From assembly GCF_964244285.1 (NCBI RefSeq), contig NZ_CAXTHT010000001.1, positions 750,167-774,166 on the forward strand: a stretch of DNA of 24,000 bases. The letters are read 5' to 3'. Positions 15,648 through 24,000 of the stretch are shown in pieces (position 1 is the first letter of the stretch; every line of letters starts with the position of its first letter). The stretch comes from an uncultured Friedmanniella sp. (GTDB lineage: Bacteria > Actinomycetota > Actinomycetes > Propionibacteriales > Propionibacteriaceae). The translations under genes and the position numbers were made by a program. A model generated the notes under the pieces. It did not search any database, was not told the DNA's origin, and saw only the letters and a program-made list of their open reading frames with translations.

Positions 15648-17800
15648 GCACCACCGTGTCCAGCGGCCCGACCCCGCTGCCCAAGACCCGCCGGACCACC
15701 TCCGGCACCGTGCTGAGCGTGCAGGACCTGCACGTGACCTTCCCGAGCGAGGCCGGGCCCGTCCAAGCCGTCCGGGGACTGAGCTTCGACCTGGCGGCCG
15801 GGGAGACGATGGCCATCGTCGGTGAGTCCGGGTCGGGCAAGTCGGTGACCTCGCTGGCCATCATGGGCCTGCACCCCGCCGCGGCCCGGATCACCGGCTC
15901 GGTCAAGCTGCACGGCGACGAGCTGCTCGGCGTGACCGACGAGCGGCTCAGCAAGCTGCGCGGCGAGTCGTTGGCGATGATCTTCCAGGACCCGCTGTCG
16001 GCCCTGACGCCCGTGTACACGATCGGCGACCAGATCGTGGAGTCGATCCAGACCCATCACGACGTGTCCAAGGCTGCGGCGATGAACCGGGCCGTCGAGC
16101 TGCTCGACCTGGTGGGGATCCCCAACCCGCAGGTCCGGGTCCGCTCCTTCCCGCACGAGTTCTCCGGCGGCATGCGTCAGCGGGCCATGATCGCCATGTC
16201 CATCGCCAACGACCCCGACGTGATCATCGCCGACGAGCCCACCACCGCGCTCGACGTCACCATTCAGGCCCAGGTGCTGGAGGTGCTCAAGAAGGCGCAG
16301 CGCGAGACGGGCGCGGCGATGATCATGATCACCCACGACCTCGGCGTGGTGGCCGGGATCGCCGACCGCGTCACGGTGATGTACGCGGGCCGGCCGGTCG
16401 AGCAGGGCACCGTCGACGAGATCTACTACCAGCCGCGGATGCCGTACACGATCGGCCTGCTGGGGGCGGTACCCCGGCTGGACGCGGTCGAGAAGCAGGC
16501 GCTGGCCAGCCTGGAGGGCAACCCGCCGTCGGTGGTCAACCTGCCACCGGGGTGCCCGTTCGAGCCGCGGTGCCCCATGTCCACTCCGGAGTGCCTGACC
16601 CTCGAGCCGCCGCTGGCCCCGACCGAGCACCCCGGTCACGTGGCCGCGTGCATCCACACCGGCCGGATCGCCCAGGGGAACCTCCGCTTCGACGACATCT
16701 TCCCGGTGGCCGCGCCGGTGCACGCTCCGCTGGAGCGGGTGCCGCGCGCCGATCGGGAGACCGTGCTGCAGCTGGAAGGGATGAAGCGGCACTACCCCTT
16801 GATGAAGGGCGCCATCTACCGGCGCCGGATCGGCACGGTGCACGCCGTCGACGGCATCGACCTCGAGATCAAGAAGGGCGAGACGCTCGGCCTGGTCGGA
16901 GAGTCCGGCTGCGGCAAGAGCTCCACGCTGCTCGAGGTGCTCAACCTGCAACCACCGACCGACGGGCGGGTGGTGGTGCTGGGCCGCGACACCGGCGAGC
17001 TGACGCGGCGAGACCGGAAGCAGATGCGTCGCGACGTCCAGGTCGTCTTCCAGGACCCGATGGCCTCGCTGGACCCCCGGATGCCCGTCTTCGACCTGAT
17101 CGCCGAGCCGATGGGCGTCTTCGGCGTGCCGAAGGCCGACATCGAGCGGCGGGTGAACGAGCTGCTGGGTCTCGTCGGGCTGGAGCCGTCCCACGCCAGT
17201 CGCTACCCCGGGGCGTTCTCCGGCGGGCAACGGCAGCGGATCGGTATCGCCCGGGCACTCGCCCTGGAGCCGAGGTTGATCGTCCTGGACGAACCGGTCT
17301 CGGCGCTGGACGTCTCCATCCAGGCCGGCGTCATCAACCTGCTGGACGAGCTGCGCGCCAAGCTCAGCCTGTCGTACCTGTTCGTGGCCCACGACCTCGC
17401 GGTGATCCGGCACATCGCGGACCGGGTGGCGGTGATGTACCTGGGCAAGATCGTGGAGATCGGTGACGTCGACAGCGTCTACGACCACCCGACCCACCCC
17501 TACACCCAGGCGCTGCTCTCGGCGATCCCGATCCCCGACCCCAACCGGGAGCGCACCCGGCAGCGGATCCTGCTCACCGGCGACCTGCCCAGCCCGGCGA
17601 ACCCGCCGAGCGGCTGCCGGTTCCGTACCCGCTGCCAGAAGTTCCCGACGCTGGCCGCCAGCCAGCAGGAGCGCTGCGTCGACGTGGTGCCCGACCTCTA
17701 CCCCCTCGGCGCACCCGACCACACCACGGCCTGTCACTACAACGAGGAGCTCGTGGTGCTGCCGACGGGCTCCCCGGAGCCGGTCCCCAGCCCGGGGTAA
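15644..17800 (+). CDS. Fused double ABC ATPase (OppD/OppF-like halves in one 718-aa protein)
   Basis: There are two complete nucleotide-binding domains. The first has GESGSGKS, FSGGMRQR and IIADEPTTALD. The second has GESGCGKS, FSGGQRQR and LIVLDEPVSALD. Each is followed by a Cys-containing oligopeptide-transporter C-terminal segment. Confidence 0.92.
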   Translation: MSTTVSSGPTPLPKTRRTTSGTVLSVQDLHVTFPSEAGPVQAVRGLSFDLAAGETMAIVGESGSGKSVTSLAIMGLHPAAARITGSVKLHGDELLGVTDERLSKLRGESLAMIFQDPLSALTPVYTIGDQIVESIQTHHDVSKAAAMNRAVELLDLVGIPNPQVRVRSFPHEFSGGMRQRAMIAMSIANDPDVIIADEPTTALDVTIQAQVLEVLKKAQRETGAAMIMITHDLGVVAGIADRVTVMYAGRPVEQGTVDEIYYQPRMPYTIGLLGAVPRLDAVEKQALASLEGNPPSVVNLPPGCPFEPRCPMSTPECLTLEPPLAPTEHPGHVAACIHTGRIAQGNLRFDDIFPVAAPVHAPLERVPRADRETVLQLEGMKRHYPLMKGAIYRRRIGTVHAVDGIDLEIKKGETLGLVGESGCGKSSTLLEVLNLQPPTDGRVVVLGRDTGELTRRDRKQMRRDVQVVFQDPMASLDPRMPVFDLIAEPMGVFGVPKADIERRVNELLGLVGLEPSHASRYPGAFSGGQRQRIGIARALALEPRLIVLDEPVSALDVSIQAGVINLLDELRAKLSLSYLFVAHDLAVIRHIADRVAVMYLGKIVEIGDVDSVYDHPTHPYTQALLSAIPIPDPNRERTRQRILLTGDLPSPANPPSGCRFRTRCQKFPTLAASQQERCVDVVPDLYPLGAPDHTTACHYNEELVVLPTGSPEPVPSPG

Positions 17801-17942
17801 CACAGTTGTTGCACGGGACGGGCACAGTAGAGCCCAAGCAAGGAGCGTCAGCGCGGCGACTTTGGCCAGTACCGACGCCGGTGCTTAGAGTGACTGAGTG
17901 AGGGTCGGCCCCGGGTCGGCCACCAGACTTCATGGAGGATCA

Positions 17943-19628
17943 GTGATTCCACGCAAGATCATTGCGGCACCACTGTTGTTGGGGGCATTCGTCCTGGCAG
18001 CGTGCGGCAGCGGCAGCACCGACGACCCGGGAACCACCGCCTCGGACCAGCCGACCATCGCGGCGGCCTCGTCCCAGGACATCAACGCCCAGGACCGGGC
18101 CTCGTTGGCCCAGGGCGGGGAGATGAAGCTCGCGGTCAGCGACCTCGGGACCAACTGGAACCCGCTCGAGATCGACGGCAACAACAGCGAGCTGACGAAC
18201 ATCCGGAACACGTTCCTGCCGAACTACTTCAACTTCGACGCCAAGGGTGCCTACACGCCCAACCCGGACTTCCTCACCTCGGCCGAGGTCACGTCGCAGA
18301 AGCCGACCGTGATCCACCTGGTGCTGAACCCGAAGGCCGTGTGGGGCGACGGGTCGCCGATCGACGTGGACGACCTGACGGCCACGTGGAAGGCCTGCAA
18401 CGGCGGGCAGAAGACCTTCAAGTGCGCCTCGACCGACGGCTTCGACCAGATCAGCGACATCAAGTCGGGCTCCGACAAGTTCGACGTCACGGTGACCTTC
18501 AAGGACGCGTTCCCCGACTGGGCCTCGCCCCTCTCCGGGCCGCTGAAGGCGGAGAGCATCAAGGACGCCAAGACGTTCAACGACGGCTGGGCCAAGCTGG
18601 ACAACGACTGGCTCTCCGGACCGTTCAAGGTCGACAAGGAAGACCGCACCCAGAAGACGATCGACGTCGTCCCCAACGACAAGTGGTGGGGTGACAAGCC
18701 GCTGCTGGACAAGATCACCTGGCGGACCATCGCCACTGACGCCACGCCGAACGCCTTCGTCAACGGCGAGATCGACGCCTTCGACATCGGCCCGGACCCG
18801 AACGGCTTCAACCAGGCCAAGGGCGTCGCCGACGCCACCGTGCGCAAGGCGGCCGGCCCCAACTGGCGGCACATCACGTTCAACTCCAAGGCCGGCGTGC
18901 TCAAGGACGAGAAGGTGCGCCAGGCCCTCGTCGAAGGACTGGACCGCCAGTCGATCGGCGCGTCCGACCTGGCCGGCATCGACTGGCCGGTCACCCAGCT
19001 GAACAACGGCATCATCCTGAGCAACCAGCAGGGGTACGAGGACGAGGGCAAGGCCACCGGCATCGACTACAACGTCGACAAGGCGAAGTCGGACCTGGAC
19101 GCGTTGGGCTGGGTGGCGGGCTCCGACGGCATCCGCGAGAAGGACGGCAAGAAGCTCGAGGTCAAGTTCTCCGCCCTCGACGGCGTCCCGGCCTCGCAGA
19201 ACGAGGCGCTGCAGACCCAGAACCAGCTGAAGGCCATCGGGGTCAAGGTCGACATCGTCCAGGTCGCCTCCGACGCGTTCAACACCACCCTGTCGACGCA
19301 CGCCTTCGACATGATCGCGTTCACCTGGATCGGGACGCAGTTCCCCTACGCCAACATCAACCAGCTCTACGGCACCGGCTCGGAGAGCAACTACCAGCAG
19401 CTCTCGCTGCCGGACGTGGACAAGCTGACCGCGCAGATCAAGGTCGAGACCGACCCGGCCCAGCGCACCGTGCTGGCCAACCAGGCGGCTCAGCTGCTCT
19501 GGAAGAGCGTCGGCATCGTGCCGCTCTACCAGCGGCCCGAGCTGATCGCCACCAAGTCGAAGATCGCCAACTACGGCGCCTTCGGCCTGAGCAGCCCGCA
19601 GTGGGCCAACATCGGGTTCCAGAAGTAG
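17943..19628 (+). CDS. Family-5 (peptide/nickel) ABC substrate-binding lipoprotein
   Basis: The lipoprotein signal VIPRKIIAAPLLLGAFVLAAC includes the lipobox LAAC, with GGAGGA 3 nt upstream of GTG 17943. The composition is typical of a large periplasmic-type binding protein (WGDGSPIDVDD, WWGDKP). Confidence 0.85.
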   Translation: MIPRKIIAAPLLLGAFVLAACGSGSTDDPGTTASDQPTIAAASSQDINAQDRASLAQGGEMKLAVSDLGTNWNPLEIDGNNSELTNIRNTFLPNYFNFDAKGAYTPNPDFLTSAEVTSQKPTVIHLVLNPKAVWGDGSPIDVDDLTATWKACNGGQKTFKCASTDGFDQISDIKSGSDKFDVTVTFKDAFPDWASPLSGPLKAESIKDAKTFNDGWAKLDNDWLSGPFKVDKEDRTQKTIDVVPNDKWWGDKPLLDKITWRTIATDATPNAFVNGEIDAFDIGPDPNGFNQAKGVADATVRKAAGPNWRHITFNSKAGVLKDEKVRQALVEGLDRQSIGASDLAGIDWPVTQLNNGIILSNQQGYEDEGKATGIDYNVDKAKSDLDALGWVAGSDGIREKDGKKLEVKFSALDGVPASQNEALQTQNQLKAIGVKVDIVQVASDAFNTTLSTHAFDMIAFTWIGTQFPYANINQLYGTGSESNYQQLSLPDVDKLTAQIKVETDPAQRTVLANQAAQLLWKSVGIVPLYQRPELIATKSKIANYGAFGLSSPQWANIGFQK

Positions 19629-19641
19629 CCCGCTAGCAGCA

Positions 19642-19683
19642 CGACGAGGGGCCGGTGACCGCGAGGTCACCGGCCCCTCGTCG
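19642..19683. terminator. Bidirectional intrinsic terminator-like hairpin between convergent genes
   Basis: A perfect 19-bp stem cgacgaggggccggtgacc / ggtcaccggcccctcgtcg carries a gcga (GNRA) loop. It sits 13 nt after the binding-protein stop and 4 nt after the stop of the minus-strand ORF. There is no U/T tract on either side. Confidence 0.7.
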
Positions 19684-19687
19684 CTCC

Positions 19688-20032
19688 TCAGGGGCGTTCG
19701 CCGTGGCCGACGGGATCCCCGTGGACCGGCTGGCGCGAGCGCAGGCCCCGCTCGTAGCCGACCCGCACCCAGTGCGCCAGCAGGTCGTAGTCCAGGTTCT
19801 CCGCGGCCACCACGAGCAGGCCGGCCACCACCAGCTCGTGGCCGACGTGCGTCTCGGGCCAGGCCAGCCAGGAGCCGGCCGTGATGCCCGCCGTCTCGGC
19901 GATCAGGTCCGTGCGGCCGCCGGCGACGCCCTGGAGCTCGGCCACCGCCTCAGCGATCGACCGGCGTTCGACGGCGGCACGCCAGGCCGTCCCGTGCAGG
20001 GCCGACATGAGCAGGTTGTCCGGGGTGGCCAT
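19688..20032 (-). CDS. Hypothetical 114-aa protein with a His-containing C-terminus
   Basis: Third-codon positions are almost all G or C when read by hand (atg gcc acc ccg gac aac ctg ctc ...), which is strongly coding for this genome. I recognise no family. It lies 53 nt downstream of the hybrid kinase on the same strand. Confidence 0.6.
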   Translation of the reverse strand: MATPDNLLMSALHGTAWRAAVERRSIAEAVAELQGVAGGRTDLIAETAGITAGSWLAWPETHVGHELVVAGLLVVAAENLDYDLLAHWVRVGYERGLRSRQPVHGDPVGHGERP

Positions 20033-20085
20033 GAGCCATTATCGAACACCTGTCTGATTCTGCGCCAGTCGGGCGGAAACTCGAG

Positions 20086-22875
<2,790 letters not shown>

Positions 22876-23063
22876 GCGCCGCAGCGGGCGCGCACACGGA
22901 CTGGAGCAGGGCAGGCAGGGCCGCGGACGGTAGGCATGGAGGAAGCCTTGAGGGAACGATCGGCCCGAGTACGTGCTGATGGTACACGGGACGGCTCGCC
23001 CCAGACGGCGTCGCAGCGTGCTGTGGCAGACTGGAATTCCGCTCGGGGGGAAGCAACCACGAA

Positions 23064-23768
23064 GTGGACCCCATGACTGACGCCCCCTCAGCGACCAGCC
23101 CCGTACGCGTCTTCGTCCTCGACGACTACGAGATGATCCGTCGCGGTCTCAACGAGCTGCTGTCGGCCACCGACGACCTCGTCTTCGCCGGCGAGGCCGC
23201 CAGCGCCGCCGAGGCCGTACGTAAGGTCGACCTGGTGCGCCCCGACGTGGCGATCTTCGACGTCGTGCTACCCGACGGGAGCGGTATCGACGTCTGCCGC
23301 GACGTCCGCGCCCGGCACCCCGAGATCAACTGCCTGCTGCTGACCTTCCACGACGACGAGGAGGCGCTGCTGGCGTCGGTGATGGCGGGAGCCCTGGGCT
23401 ACCTGACCAAGCAGATCCACGGAGCCGGCATCCTCCACAGCATCCGGCGGGCCGCGCGGGGGGAGACCCTGACCGATCCCGAGGCCACCCGACGGCTGCT
23501 CGACCGGCTGCGCGGCGTGCCCTCGACCGGCCGGCCCCCGAGCGTCGACGGAGGTGCCGGCCACGCATCCAGGAGTGCCGGCCTCGGCGAGCGCGAACGG
23601 CAGATCCTGGACCGGGTGGCTGACGGGGCGACCAACGCCGAGATCGCCACCCAGCTCGCCCTCACCGAGACCGCCGTGCGCAACCAGGTCGCCGTGATCT
23701 TCGCCAAGCTCGGCCTGGCCCGCCGCGTCCAGGCCGCCGGCCGCGGCTCCGGGCAGCCCTCCGCCTGA
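23064..23768 (+). CDS. NarL/LuxR-family two-component response regulator (REC + LuxR HTH)
   Basis: REC residues are VFVLDDYEM, the acceptor Asp in [18 protein letters not shown] and YLTKQ. The C-terminal HTH is [43 protein letters not shown]. The start is GTG 23064 or ATG 23073. It is divergent from the hybrid kinase. Confidence 0.9.
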   Translation: MDPMTDAPSATSPVRVFVLDDYEMIRRGLNELLSATDDLVFAGEAASAAEAVRKVDLVRPDVAIFDVVLPDGSGIDVCRDVRARHPEINCLLLTFHDDEEALLASVMAGALGYLTKQIHGAGILHSIRRAARGETLTDPEATRRLLDRLRGVPSTGRPPSVDGGAGHASRSAGLGERERQILDRVADGATNAEIATQLALTETAVRNQVAVIFAKLGLARRVQAAGRGSGQPSA

Positions 23769-23802
23769 CGAAAGCCACGGACGAGCCGATCCGACCCCGA
23801 CG

Positions 23803-24000
23803 TCAGCCCGGGGCGCAGGCGGCGCAGACGCCGAAGATCTCAAGGTGGTGCTGCACGTCGGTGTAGCCGTGGTCGGCGGCGATCTGGTCGGTCCACACCT
23901 CGATCGCGGGGCCCTCGACCTCGACGGTCCGGCCGCAGCTGCGGCAGACCAGGTGGTGGTGGTGACCACGGGAGCAGCGGCGGTAGGCCGTCTCGCCGTC
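23803..24000 (-). CDS. zur: Fur-family metalloregulator, Zur-like; only the C-terminal 65 codons lie in the window
   Basis: This gene is not in the ORF track because it runs off the right edge. Hand translation of the minus strand gives DGETAYRRCSRGHHHHLVCRSCGRTVEVEGPAIEVWTDQIAADHGYTDVQHHLEIFGVCAACAPG*. That closely matches the remembered C-termini of M. tuberculosis and Streptomyces Zur (HHHHLVCRxCG..VEV...HGF/Y..V.H..EIFG.C..C). Confidence 0.75.
   Translation of the reverse strand, partial: DGETAYRRCSRGHHHHLVCRSCGRTVEVEGPAIEVWTDQIAADHGYTDVQHHLEIFGVCAACAPG

Noticed and set aside
15092-17803. 903-aa minus-strand ORF antisense to the fused ABC ATPase
   Set aside because: It is a shadow ORF. 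The plus strand has two complete Walker A / signature / Walker B sets. The antisense product is R/G/D/H/P-rich with no motifs.
17801-17942. Possible internal promoter or small RNA in the 142-nt gap before the binding-protein gene
   Set aside because: I found only weak hexamer matches (ttgttg ... tagagc) and an 8-bp direct repeat (ggtcggcc twice). There is no convincing hairpin or conserved motif.
17940-19670. 576-aa minus-strand ORF antisense to the substrate-binding protein
   Set aside because: It is a shadow ORF of exactly mirrored length. The plus-strand protein has a lipoprotein signal, a ribosome-binding site and ordinary composition.
23268-23969. 233-aa minus-strand ORF overlapping the response regulator and the right-edge gene
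   Set aside because: It is out of frame with the Zur-like reading frame and antisense to a clear NarL-type regulator. Its composition is Ala/Pro/Gly/Arg-rich.

Overview
This is a very GC-rich, densely coding chromosomal segment that looks like Actinomycetota (GC judged by eye at about 70%, not computed). I saw no CRISPR array, transposase, integrase or phage genes. Most of the window is a conserved housekeeping neighbourhood whose order, as I recall it, mirrors M. tuberculosis Rv1002c-Rv1019. On the minus strand the order is prs <- glmU <- tRNA-Gln, then ispE <- rsmA/ksgA <- rpfB <- nitroreductase <- tatD <- rsmI, with pmt divergent from rsmI. A small accessory block (TetR, MFS transporter, MarR, LtrA-like membrane protein) sits between tRNA-Gln and ispE. 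A peptide-type ABC importer follows at 13.7-19.6 kb in the order permease, permease, fused double ATPase, lipoprotein binding protein. The right end (19.6-24 kb) is a signalling module: a 929-aa hybrid histidine kinase (3 TM, PAS, HisKA, HATPase, REC, REC, HPt), a small His-rich ORF downstream of it, a divergent NarL/LuxR response regulator, and a convergent Zur-like Fur-family gene cut by the window edge. The supplied ORF track misses two real genes that run off the window edges (prs and the Zur-like gene). It also lists many long antisense shadow ORFs, which are typical of high-GC DNA. The most interesting observation is the kinase's N-terminal membrane domain. Aligned by hand, it resembles the copper-dependent ethylene-binding domain of plant and cyanobacterial ethylene receptors, with C-x3-H in TM2 and the same Tyr-to-Cys spacing as ETR1. 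It also carries a (x-G-M)4 methionine ladder encoded by a 9-bp tandem repeat. Other points worth a second look are an 88-bp imperfect palindromic element that supplies the 3' end of rsmI, the rpfB leader, Cys clusters in the fused ABC ATPase, a repetitive GlmU tail, and a tRNA-Gln with an apparently over-long variable region. All homology statements come from hand translation and remembered family signatures. No database search was run.
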